From a bacterium (GTDB taxonomy: Bacteria; UBP15; UBA6099; JAJRTR01): a DNA stretch of 45,200 nucleotides. The stretch covers positions 1-45,200 of the forward strand of contig JAJRTR010000153.1 in the NCBI GenBank assembly GCA_024278215.1. Direction: 5' to 3'. A program made the position numbers and the translations under genes. Below, one piece after another: positions 30,126-38,833 of this stretch (positions are counted from its first letter, which is position 1; the number at the start of each line of letters is the position of its first letter). The notes beneath the pieces were generated by a model. It saw nothing but the letters and a program-made list of their open reading frames with translations, was not told where the DNA came from and did not search any database.

Positions 30126-31163
30126 ATGAGCTGGATGCTTAAAGAAATACACGAACAGCCGGACGCGATGTCTCGTTTTTATGACAAAGAATCCGGCGCG
30201 ATAAAAGCGATTGCACAAAAAGCAAAAGGACTGAATATATCACATATAATGATAGTTGCTCGCGGCAGTTCCGATAATGCGGCGCGATACGGCAAGTATA
30301 TTTTCGAGTCGCATCTGGGGATACCGACCATACTTGCGGCCCCATCCATCGTAACCGTATATGGGAAGCAACTTAAACTCGGCAAAGGTGTCGTTATCGG
30401 TATCTCGCAATCGGGACAGGCACCGGATATCGTGCGTGTGATAAAGTCGGCGCGGCAAAGCGGCGCATACACAGTCGGCATCACAAACACAAAGGGATCA
30501 CCCCTCGCAAAGGCGGCCGACGACGCGATAATGTTGCGGGTCGGCAAGGAAAAGGGACTGGCGGCCACAAAAACTTACACGGCACAACTTATGTCCCTGA
30601 TGCTTTTCGCGGCTTTTTTTTCGGGCGACTCGAAACTGTTGGCGGCAATCAGAGATCTGCCGGCCGCTATGATGCAGACCCTCGCCGCCAGGGAACAGGT
30701 GGAAGAGATTGTCGAGCGCTACCGGTACATGGAACAATGCGTTCTCATAGGAAGGGGCTTCAATTATTCGACTGTCCAGGAAGCGGCGCTGAAGTTCATG
30801 GAGACATGTTATATTGTGGCACACCCGTTTTCGACTGCCGACTTTATGCACGGCCCCATAGCCATAGCAGGCACCGGGTTCCCCGTCTTTATCTGCATAC
30901 CGCAGGGAAAAACAACTAAGCAGCTTAACGAAGTCTGCAGCGGGCTGAATAAAAAACAACTCGAAACAATTGTTGTCTCACCGCTCAAAAGCAGTCTATC
31001 ACTCGGCACGCAATCGATCCGCATACCCGTAAGAACGAGTGAAATACTAAGCCCGATAGTCAATATCATTCCTTTCCAGTTCTTCGCCTGCTTTCTCTCG
31101 CGGGTGAAGGGGCTCGACCCGGACAATCCGCGGTTCCTCAAGAAAGTGACACGGACATTATAA
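30126..31163 (+). CDS. Double-SIS sugar-phosphate isomerase/deaminase (GlmS C-terminal-like, no glutaminase domain)
   Basis: MLKEIHEQP, ARGSSDNA, ISQSGQ, AATKTY, EAALK, HGP, DPDNPRFLKKVT; AGGAG RBS before ATG 30126. Confidence 0.9.
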   Translation: MSWMLKEIHEQPDAMSRFYDKESGAIKAIAQKAKGLNISHIMIVARGSSDNAARYGKYIFESHLGIPTILAAPSIVTVYGKQLKLGKGVVIGISQSGQAPDIVRVIKSARQSGAYTVGITNTKGSPLAKAADDAIMLRVGKEKGLAATKTYTAQLMSLMLFAAFFSGDSKLLAAIRDLPAAMMQTLAAREQVEEIVERYRYMEQCVLIGRGFNYSTVQEAALKFMETCYIVAHPFSTADFMHGPIAIAGTGFPVFICIPQGKTTKQLNEVCSGLNKKQLETIVVSPLKSSLSLGTQSIRIPVRTSEILSPIVNIIPFQFFACFLSRVKGLDPDNPRFLKKVTRTL

Positions 31164-31178
31164 ACATGGAGGCATGAA

Positions 31179-32018
31179 GTGGATAAACATCAACTTGACG
31201 AGAGAGCTATAAAGACCTTCGGCGGAGAATTCACTCCGAAGTTTCTGGCGACAGCAACACCCGACGGGACTCCGAATATCGTTCCTGTTATTTCGCTCGA
31301 AGCCTGGGACGCAAACACGCTTATATTCGGAGAATTGATGATATGGAAAACTAAGAAAAACCTGCTGGCAAACTCGAAAGTCGGCGCGTCGGTTTTCACT
31401 CCTGATATGAACTCATGGTCTGTAAAAGGCGACTTCTCTCACTTTGAACGAACCGGCGAAATATACGACAAACTCAATATGCACGACATGTACCGCTACA
31501 ATGCCTACACCGGGTTCCGCAATGCCGGAATTATCAATATAAAAGAAGCATGGCGTGAAAAGGGAATGATGTCGCCGGCGCGAATAGCCGAAATCGCGCT
31601 GATCGCCGCCACGACAAAAAAGCCCGTCCACAGCTTCGACGGACCTATGCCCCCGCAGGTTTCCGAGAAGTTTTCACGCATAAAAGCGGCGAAATACATT
31701 TCTTACATCGACGATGACGGATACCCGCTCGCGATACCTGCACTTTCTCTGACCGCCGCCGGTCACGATACTATGTTATTCGGTGCCGGCACGCTGATGG
31801 ATGAAAACGAAGCCCTGCCTGAACCTCCCTTTAAAGTGGCTGCCTGCGTGATCACATTCGACCCGGTGGCATACCAGGTCAAGGGAACAGTTACCGAATA
31901 CAGGAAACGTCTGGGGATAAGAATAGCGCGTCTGGAAGTCGAAGAAGTTTACAGCGCGTCGCCCCCGCTTCCCGGCAAGAGAATAGATGTCGATTACGAC
32001 GAAGCCGCAGGGGAGTGA
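31179..32018 (+). CDS. Tandem pyridoxamine 5'-phosphate oxidase-like (flavin split-barrel) protein
   Basis: KFLATATPDGTPN...KTKKNLLANSK, and a second repeat KYISYIDDDGYP...YQVKG; GGAGG RBS. Confidence 0.75.
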   Translation: MDKHQLDERAIKTFGGEFTPKFLATATPDGTPNIVPVISLEAWDANTLIFGELMIWKTKKNLLANSKVGASVFTPDMNSWSVKGDFSHFERTGEIYDKLNMHDMYRYNAYTGFRNAGIINIKEAWREKGMMSPARIAEIALIAATTKKPVHSFDGPMPPQVSEKFSRIKAAKYISYIDDDGYPLAIPALSLTAAGHDTMLFGAGTLMDENEALPEPPFKVAACVITFDPVAYQVKGTVTEYRKRLGIRIARLEVEEVYSASPPLPGKRIDVDYDEAAGE

Positions 32019-32150
32019 AAATATAAGATAAACGCGGAGCGTTCAGTGAATGTGTTCCGAACCGGCATAACTGCTCTTATTTCCACCAGGTTACAAACAT
32101 GACTTCTTAATATCTACCTGCAAGTCGGACACCCATAAGAGAGCCCGACA

Positions 32151-32178
32151 TTGCACCGGGCAGATTTTCTCATATAAT
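32151..32178 (+). promoter_or_regulatory. Putative sigma70 promoter for the XRE-cupin/CaiB/DctP unit
   Basis: TTGCAC-N16-TATAAT. Confidence 0.45.
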
Positions 32179-32215
32179 AATGCTTTGAGAGAACGCACAC
32201 AGAAAGGAATCAGCC

Positions 32216-32806
32216 ATGAATGATGAAATAAAAGATATGCCGGTCGGTGAAAAGATTAAACAACTCAGGAAAGAGAAGGGCATTTCGCTCCAGCAGTTTG
32301 CAGAGTTGTCTGGTTTTTCTTCCGCACTCCTGTCGCAGATCGAGAACCATCTGGTCTCGCCGCCGCTTGGCACGCTGATCAAGATTTCAAAAGCGCTGGA
32401 TGTGGAAATAGGATACTTTTTCGAAACTGTCAGAGAAGCTCCGTACACGATTGTGCGAAAAGATGAGCGGAAAAATATTTCCCGCGTTGCATCGAGGGAG
32501 GGCAAGAAGTACGGTTACTCTTATGAATCACTGGCGTTTGACAAAAAGGGACGCCACATGGAACCGTTCATGGTGACACTCGAACAGGCTACAGTTAAGG
32601 ACACGCACGCATACAGCCACGACGGCGAAGAGTTTATTATGGTGCTCGAGGGCAAAATGGAAGTGCAGCTGGGCGACCATAAGGACATACTCGAACCCGG
32701 CGACAGCATCTATTACGATTCGTCGATCCCGCACAGGGTTTCTTGCTGCGAAGGTGAAGAAACGAAGATACTGGCAGTGATATATACCGGCGAAGATAAG
32801 AAGTAA
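32216..32806 (+). CDS. XRE-family HTH regulator with C-terminal cupin
   Basis: GEKIKQLRKEKGISL...LSQIEN...PPLGTL; cupin HDGEEF...GDSIYYDSSIPH. Confidence 0.93.
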   Translation: MNDEIKDMPVGEKIKQLRKEKGISLQQFAELSGFSSALLSQIENHLVSPPLGTLIKISKALDVEIGYFFETVREAPYTIVRKDERKNISRVASREGKKYGYSYESLAFDKKGRHMEPFMVTLEQATVKDTHAYSHDGEEFIMVLEGKMEVQLGDHKDILEPGDSIYYDSSIPHRVSCCEGEETKILAVIYTGEDKK

Positions 32807-32875
32807 ATACAGCCGTATGCAACTTGACGACAGTGTCCCGCAACGGCAAACTGCGAGAATACCTGGAGGTCAATA

Positions 32876-34063
32876 ATGGGCGCACCGCTCGAGGGAATAA
32901 GAATACTTGATTTATCCCGGCTGCTGCCGGGCCCGTTCTGTACGATGATTCTCGCAGACCTTGGCGCCGAGATAGTGAAGGTGGAGGACCCGGTCCAGGG
33001 CGATTACGTTCGTTGGCTGCCTCCGTACATAGGCAAAACCGGAGTGCGTTTCCTGGTGCTCAACCGCAACAAGAAGAGCATAACCCTGAATCTGAAAGAC
33101 CCGCGCGGTGTGGAAATACTACTCGAACTGGTTAAGAACTACGATGTGGTGGTAGACAGTTTCCGTCCCGGTGTGCTCGAGCGACTCGGCGTGGGTTACG
33201 AAACGGCAAGCAAGTTGAATCCTGCGATAATTTATTGTTCGCTCACCGGCTACGGAAAAGACGGGCCGTACAGCATGAGGGCGGGGCACGACATCAATTA
33301 TGTAGGCTACACAGGTGTGCTGTCGCTGACGGGCGAGAAGGGCCGGAAGCCTGTGCTGCCGGGTGTTCAGGTGGGTGACCTGGCCGGTGCGATGTCTGCT
33401 GTAATCGCTATCCAGGCTGCGATTATCGAGCGGGCGAAGACGGGCAAAGGGCAGGCGCTTGACGTGTCGCTCGCGGACGCCGCGTTCTCGCTGCTGCCCA
33501 TGGATGTCGGCGCCATCGAGGCTGGAGAACCCGTGCCGCGCGCAGGCCAAACAACGCTTACCGGCCTGCAGGCATGTTACGGAACTTACGAAACCGCCGA
33601 CGGCAAGTATGTGGGGCTCGGTGCTATCGAACCGAAATTCTTTAAAAAATTCTGTGAACTCGTCGGGCGTGAGGACCTCGAAGTGGCGCACTTCAGCACA
33701 GGTGAAGAAGCGGAAAAACTGCGTGTTGAACTTACAGAGCTTTTTAAAACGAAAACCCAAAAAGAGTGGTGCGATCTGCTCGAGGAACAGGAAGTCTGTT
33801 TCGGACCGGTGAACGGGCTTGACGAGGCGCTGGAAGACCCGCAACTGCTGCATCGCGGCATGGTCATAAATGTTCCGCTTGCCGACGGTAGCGAGATGCG
33901 CCAGACAGGGCTTCCTTTCAAGCTGTCGCGCACTCCGCCTGTCGAACCCGCGCCTCCGCCGGAAATCGGACAGCACACGGCGGAAGTGCTCGCGCAAATC
34001 GGCATTGCCGATGCCGACCTTGCCGAACTCGAAGCAAAGGGTATTGTGAGAAGTGAAGGGTGA
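32876..34063 (+). CDS. Family III CoA-transferase (CaiB/BaiF, AMACR-like subgroup)
   Basis: LDLSRLLPGP, LADLGAEIVKVE, NRNKKS, FRPGV, GHDINY, GD active-site region. Confidence 0.93.
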   Translation: MGAPLEGIRILDLSRLLPGPFCTMILADLGAEIVKVEDPVQGDYVRWLPPYIGKTGVRFLVLNRNKKSITLNLKDPRGVEILLELVKNYDVVVDSFRPGVLERLGVGYETASKLNPAIIYCSLTGYGKDGPYSMRAGHDINYVGYTGVLSLTGEKGRKPVLPGVQVGDLAGAMSAVIAIQAAIIERAKTGKGQALDVSLADAAFSLLPMDVGAIEAGEPVPRAGQTTLTGLQACYGTYETADGKYVGLGAIEPKFFKKFCELVGREDLEVAHFSTGEEAEKLRVELTELFKTKTQKEWCDLLEEQEVCFGPVNGLDEALEDPQLLHRGMVINVPLADGSEMRQTGLPFKLSRTPPVEPAPPPEIGQHTAEVLAQIGIADADLAELEAKGIVRSEG

Positions 34064-34087
34064 TTTCAGAATAGGACCGGTACAGAA

Positions 34088-35128
34088 ATGAGAATAATAA
34101 AAGCAGCGAGTTGCCTTGTAATTATTTGTATTGCGTGCGCGGTGATTTATATGCCGAATGCGCAGGCGTCGAAGAAGAAAATATACCATGTAGAGATCGG
34201 CTCATACATCACGCCTTACAGCGCATGGGGCAAAGCGATTAATACGGCAATTCTAAAAATCAAGAAAAAAACCAAAGGTCAGGTAGTGGTCAAACACCTG
34301 CACTCGGGAATGCTGGGCAGCAACGATAGTATGCTCGAACAGGTTCTGCACGGCGGCATTCAGGGCGCGGGCATCGACACCTCGACACTCGCAAACTTCA
34401 TCCCGGAAATGAACATACTCGAAATGCCGTTTCTCTTCAGGGACAATGATGAAGCGCATTACCTGATTGACAATGTGATCACGCCCCACCTGCGCAAGAA
34501 AATGGATGCAAAGGGGCTCGTGACATCGACGATAATGGAAATAGGGTTTATGGATTTCCTGATGAGTGTGCCTATACACACCCCGGCGGACCTGAAGAAA
34601 GTGAAGATCGGTTCGTGGGAAAGCCCCGTGCATATCGCGTTCTGGAAAGCGCAGGGCGGAAATCCGATACCGATACCGGCCACGGAAGTTTTCAGCGCTT
34701 ATGCGCGCGGAATGGTCAACGGCGGGTCCATAGCACCCAATGCGGCAATTGCGTGGGACAAGCTTTTCGGCGGCGGACTTAAACGCAACGAATTGTATCT
34801 GACAAAAATAGCATACACATACCATGCAGGTATAATCGTATTTAATAAGAAGTTTTACGACAGTCTGCCGTCAGCTTTGCGGCGGGACCTGACGCAGGGG
34901 CTCGAAATAATGGGCCGCCAATTGAGAAAAGACCTGGCGGCGGCTGAACCCGAAACCTACAGACAACTCGGCAAACTTGGCTACAACATTATCGAACTGA
35001 CTCCCGAACAAAAACAGGCATTTATCGATAATTCGCAAGTTGTCTATGATGAGTTCGAAAGCATTATCGGCAAGGAATTCCTGAAGGAAGTTCTTGATGC
35101 ACGCGAAGCATACAGGAAAGGGAAATAA
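34088..35128 (+). CDS. dctP: TRAP transporter substrate-binding protein (DctP family), orphan
   Basis: Signal peptide, GMLGSN, LEMPFLF, PIHTPADLKKVKI, PIPATEVF, NKKFYDSLP. Confidence 0.85.
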   Translation: MRIIKAASCLVIICIACAVIYMPNAQASKKKIYHVEIGSYITPYSAWGKAINTAILKIKKKTKGQVVVKHLHSGMLGSNDSMLEQVLHGGIQGAGIDTSTLANFIPEMNILEMPFLFRDNDEAHYLIDNVITPHLRKKMDAKGLVTSTIMEIGFMDFLMSVPIHTPADLKKVKIGSWESPVHIAFWKAQGGNPIPIPATEVFSAYARGMVNGGSIAPNAAIAWDKLFGGGLKRNELYLTKIAYTYHAGIIVFNKKFYDSLPSALRRDLTQGLEIMGRQLRKDLAAAEPETYRQLGKLGYNIIELTPEQKQAFIDNSQVVYDEFESIIGKEFLKEVLDAREAYRKGK

Positions 35129-35157
35129 CCCGCATATTTCACCAATCCGGGTTGCAT

Positions 35158-37083
35158 TCAAATATCCTGGTAACGTATCTGGTGGTCGGGTCGTTCGGGG
35201 TCGAACGTGCGGGCGACATTGAGCAGAGAACTTTCAGTAAGCAAAATAGATACAGAATTTCCTTTTTCAAGTACTGTCTGTCCGTGAGGGATCGTTACGA
35301 GTCCATCCTTCTTCACAGTCAGTACAAGTGCATCGCCGGGCAGGGGAATGTCCTTGATGCGGCGTCCGACGACATCGGGATTAAGCACCTCGACTTCAAT
35401 CACTTCCGTGCCTTCCTGTTCGTGTGAGAGCAGGCTGTAGACAAGTGGTCTGTACATGAGATTTTCCAGCGCGATGACAGACGCAAGCGCTGTGTTCATA
35501 GGGACGATATCGTTTTCGATAAATAAGTTGATGTTAAGCGGATTGCCGACACGTGCCACGGTTCGCCTGACATGAAAGGTTTTTCGCGCGAGAACGCAGG
35601 CGTCGAAATTCACAGTATCATCGGAAGTCACAGCGACAAAGACACCGGTGTTTTCAGCTCCGGCCTGTCGCAATGTCTCCTTGCTCAACTTGTCATAGAG
35701 AATAGCTTTTAGCCCGAGCCTGCGGGTTTTCTTTACTGCTTCGGCATTGATATCAAGCAAGGCGACAGAGTGGTGGCGGTCGGCGAGCCGCTCGCCGAGC
35801 AGTCTGCCGACTTTGCCCGCACCGAGAATAATGATGCCGGTTTTTGTCTGCAAAGCGCTATTGCTTCTGAGTGCGAGGAAAAGCATGGGCGAGACCAGAC
35901 AGGTCACAATAGCGATCATAACGGAAACAGCTTCCAGCTCTTCCTGGAGCAGCCCCGCGCCGACTGCCACCTCGGCAAAAGCGATAATCAGGCTCAGGCG
36001 GCTGCTGAGAATAAAACCGCCTGCGGCGGCGTTGCGGGCTCCAAACCTGAACGACAGCAGCATGGACGGTACGAGTTTTACCGCGAAGGCTATAAGCAGC
36101 AACAGCAGAATCAGCCATACGAGCTCCGGCCTGTGCCATATTTCCGGCAGATCGAGTTTGACGCCGACCATGATGAAAAAAATCGGAATCAGGAATCCAT
36201 AGCCGACGGCGTCGAGTTTCATGTCCTCTGTGAGCCCCGTAGAATGGAACACCAGCCGGTATACCGCCCCTGCGAGGAATGCGCCGAGAACGATCTCGAC
36301 GCCGACTATGCTGCTCAGCATCGCGAAAAGAAGCATGAGCGCGAAAGCAGTGCGTATCCGCAACTGAGCCGACGTGTGCGTCAGTTCCGAATACAGTCTG
36401 CTGACACTCGATCCGGCCATGAATCGGGCGCCGGCTCGATATACGAAGAAGAAGACTGCGCAGAGCGCGGAGATCGCGAGCAACTCCGAGCCCCGCTGGC
36501 CGGGTGTGAGGAAAAGAATAAGAATTGTGGCAATGAGAATCGTTGCGAAATCGGCCAGCATCGCGTTGACAAGCAGCGATTGCCCGTAGGGGCTCTCCGT
36601 GTCGCGGCTTTCTTTCAGCGTAGGCACAACAACACCGACCGATGTTGTACTCAGCAACGCGGCGAGTATCATGGGCGATGTCGGCGCTGTGATGTAGCCC
36701 GCCCTCATTAAAAAAAGACTTGCCACATAGCTCATTGCGAAAGTCATGGCGAAAATCACTCCGCCGAGAACAAGCGGCGAGGACAGCTTGCTTTTCTGTT
36801 GTTTTGAAATAACACGCCGCGACAGGCCCAGTTGAGAAAAATTTATTTCCATCCCGCCGAGGAACATGAGATATGTGAATCCGAGTAGAGAAAGAAGGTT
36901 CAGAAACGGGTCGCCGGGGTCTATAAGGTTGAAACCTGTCCTGCCGACCACCAGCCCGCAAACGATTTCACCGACGACGACTGGTATCCTGGCGGGCCTG
37001 AACTTATGCAGCAGAATCGGGATGACAAGCGCCATCCCGCTGATAAGCAGCAACGAATACAATGTTCCACTCTGCGCTTCCAT
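35158..37083 (-). CDS. CPA2-family cation:proton antiporter with TrkA-N and TrkA-C (RCK) domains
   Basis: Multi-pass membrane domain (GEIVCG, MFLGGME, TTSVGVV, LGAFLAG, PIFF), Rossmann GAGKVG, C-terminal RCK_C (IPHGQTVLEKGN). Start at ATG 37083 after GAGG. Confidence 0.92.
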   Translation of the reverse strand: MEAQSGTLYSLLLISGMALVIPILLHKFRPARIPVVVGEIVCGLVVGRTGFNLIDPGDPFLNLLSLLGFTYLMFLGGMEINFSQLGLSRRVISKQQKSKLSSPLVLGGVIFAMTFAMSYVASLFLMRAGYITAPTSPMILAALLSTTSVGVVVPTLKESRDTESPYGQSLLVNAMLADFATILIATILILFLTPGQRGSELLAISALCAVFFFVYRAGARFMAGSSVSRLYSELTHTSAQLRIRTAFALMLLFAMLSSIVGVEIVLGAFLAGAVYRLVFHSTGLTEDMKLDAVGYGFLIPIFFIMVGVKLDLPEIWHRPELVWLILLLLLIAFAVKLVPSMLLSFRFGARNAAAGGFILSSRLSLIIAFAEVAVGAGLLQEELEAVSVMIAIVTCLVSPMLFLALRSNSALQTKTGIIILGAGKVGRLLGERLADRHHSVALLDINAEAVKKTRRLGLKAILYDKLSKETLRQAGAENTGVFVAVTSDDTVNFDACVLARKTFHVRRTVARVGNPLNINLFIENDIVPMNTALASVIALENLMYRPLVYSLLSHEQEGTEVIEVEVLNPDVVGRRIKDIPLPGDALVLTVKKDGLVTIPHGQTVLEKGNSVSILLTESSLLNVARTFDPERPDHQIRYQDI

Positions 37084-37200
37084 ACTGTTCCTCGGGCAAT
37101 TGCCTCTTTTGTCGATTCCTAACCCGGCAAAGCCGGAACTAAAAAGGACGTATTTTCGTGCCCAAACAAATGCGGTTTGAGCACGGCACACTGGGTTTCA

Positions 37201-37303
37201 TCGTTCCCAGAGTCTACCCCGGGAACACCTGGAACTGGACGTTCCAGCTTCTTATCGTTCCGGGGCTCCGACCCGGAACGCAACGACTGAACGCTCTGCG
37301 TTT
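37201..37303. repeat. Two tandem REP-like palindromic units (TCGTTCC...GGAAC)
   Basis: TCGTTCCCAGAG-TCTA-CCCCGGGAAC at 37201 and TCGTTCCGGG-GCTCCGA-CCCGGAACG at 37255, with a CTGGAAC/GTTCCAG hairpin between them. Confidence 0.55.
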
Positions 37304-37435
37304 ACCAATCTCTTTTTTAGCATTTCATTACCATCCTGCGTAGCATTTCAGTCGTAAGATCCTGATTACACAACAGGGGCGGCAATCAGGCGCTTATCGC
37401 ATCTTCATATCAGGCACGTGTTATGTCGAATGTTA

Positions 37436-37464
37436 TTGGTCACGATGCGCTGTGAGTGTATAAT
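37436..37464 (+). promoter_or_regulatory. Putative sigma70 promoter for the DHH gene
   Basis: TTGGTC-N17-TATAAT. Confidence 0.55.
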
Positions 37465-37503
37465 ATGGATATCGAGAGAAACGGTCAATAACGGGAACTG
37501 AAA

Positions 37504-38583
37504 ATGCCGGAAGACAAAAACGCACAGGATACGGCAGGCAGAGACACGGAAGCGCTGCTTGCGAAAATGGGCGCTGCCATCAGGTCGAGGAAAGCGGCCA
37601 TCGTGATGCACAATAACCCCGACCCCGACAGCCTGGCGGCGGCATTCGGGATGCGGCTGCTGCTGAGGCGTCGATTCAATACGTCAGGTTCGATCTATTA
37701 CGGCGGCATGATCGGCAGGGCGGAAAACAGGTGCATGGTCGCACAGCTTCGCATTCCCGTCAATCAGGTGCAGAAGGATATAAGCGAACTGGACCTGAGA
37801 ACATACCGGACAATCATTATGGTGGACACACAGCCCGGCGCGGGCAACAATGTCGTGCCGTACAATATCATTCCCCAGATTGTAATAGACCACCACAGGC
37901 CCATAAGGAAACTTACGAAAAGGGCGGCGTTCGTGGATGTAAACGCCAGCATGGGCTCGAGTTCCACAATTGTCACCGGCTATCTCAGGGCCGCCGGTGT
38001 CAGGCTCCCGCGCGCTGAAGCAACAGCGCTGCTGTATGGGATCAAGACCGACACATACGACCTGGGGCGCGACGCAGGCAACGAAGATATCGCGCAATAT
38101 CAGTATCTGCTGGATAAAATGGACCGAAAGAAAATCCATCGTATAGAACACCCCTTGCACCCACGCAGTTACTACGGCCAGCTCTACAGGGCCTTGCAGC
38201 ATGTCGAACTTTACGAAGATGCCTGCGTCACGGTGCTCGAAGATATTGATTATCCCGAGATCACTGCCGAACTCGCAGACTGGTTTTACAACTTATGGGG
38301 TGTCCACTGGGTACTGGCCGTCGGGGTCGGCGATGATGGAAAAATATACTTGTCGCTGAGAATAAGGAACCGGAAACGCAAAGCGGGCAGCCTGATAAAA
38401 AAGATCGCGGGGCGTCACGGGATGGCGGGCGGACACGAGCAGATAGCCGGGGGCGTCGTCATTGCGGCGGACAAATCTCCTGAGACTGTCGGGGCGGAGA
38501 TAGCGCGGATAAAACTGAGATTCCTCAAAGTGATCGGAATCGACGACAGTGTGAAACCCGCGCCGTTGATCCCGTCGCCCTGA
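37504..38583 (+). CDS. DHH/DHHA1 family phosphoesterase
   Basis: HNNPDPDS, MVDTQP, IDHH, GSSSTI, GIKTDT, LSLR, AGGH. Confidence 0.9.
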   Translation: MPEDKNAQDTAGRDTEALLAKMGAAIRSRKAAIVMHNNPDPDSLAAAFGMRLLLRRRFNTSGSIYYGGMIGRAENRCMVAQLRIPVNQVQKDISELDLRTYRTIIMVDTQPGAGNNVVPYNIIPQIVIDHHRPIRKLTKRAAFVDVNASMGSSSTIVTGYLRAAGVRLPRAEATALLYGIKTDTYDLGRDAGNEDIAQYQYLLDKMDRKKIHRIEHPLHPRSYYGQLYRALQHVELYEDACVTVLEDIDYPEITAELADWFYNLWGVHWVLAVGVGDDGKIYLSLRIRNRKRKAGSLIKKIAGRHGMAGGHEQIAGGVVIAADKSPETVGAEIARIKLRFLKVIGIDDSVKPAPLIPSP

Positions 38584-38690
38584 CCATGTCCGCCTGCCTG
38601 TGGCATCCACTCATTCACCATTTGCCCGACAGCTCCCGACCGGCATTTGACGATGATACTTAAGATGTACGGCATTAATTCAAATAGTGA

Positions 38691-38719
38691 TTGAGCGCCC
38701 GGCGCTTATGTGGTATATT
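38691..38719 (+). promoter_or_regulatory. Putative sigma70 promoter for pilT
   Basis: TTGAGC-N17-TATATT with extended -10 TG. Confidence 0.55.
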
Positions 38720-38729
38720 TTCAACTGAA

Positions 38730-38761
38730 GAGCCAATTGCAAAATTCCGATTCGGCTACGG
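38730..38761 (-). mobile_element. Truncated MITE fragment (right end only, inverted)
   Basis: GAGCCAATTGCAAAATTCCGATTCGGCTACGG is the reverse complement of the last 32 nt of copy 3 with 1 mismatch. Confidence 0.85.
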
Positions 38762-38833
38762 TAATGAACACAATATCGCGCCGCAACCACGACCGGATCA
38801 ACAACAATAAATTCATGATATGAGAGATCGAAA

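Noticed and set aside
37084-37400. c-di-AMP (ydaO/yuaA) riboswitch before the RCK antiporter
   Set aside because: Context is suggestive, but the hallmark segments (GCTGAATCC, GGGGGACC, GGGGTGAA, CCCGTCAGCTAAC) were not found on either strand.
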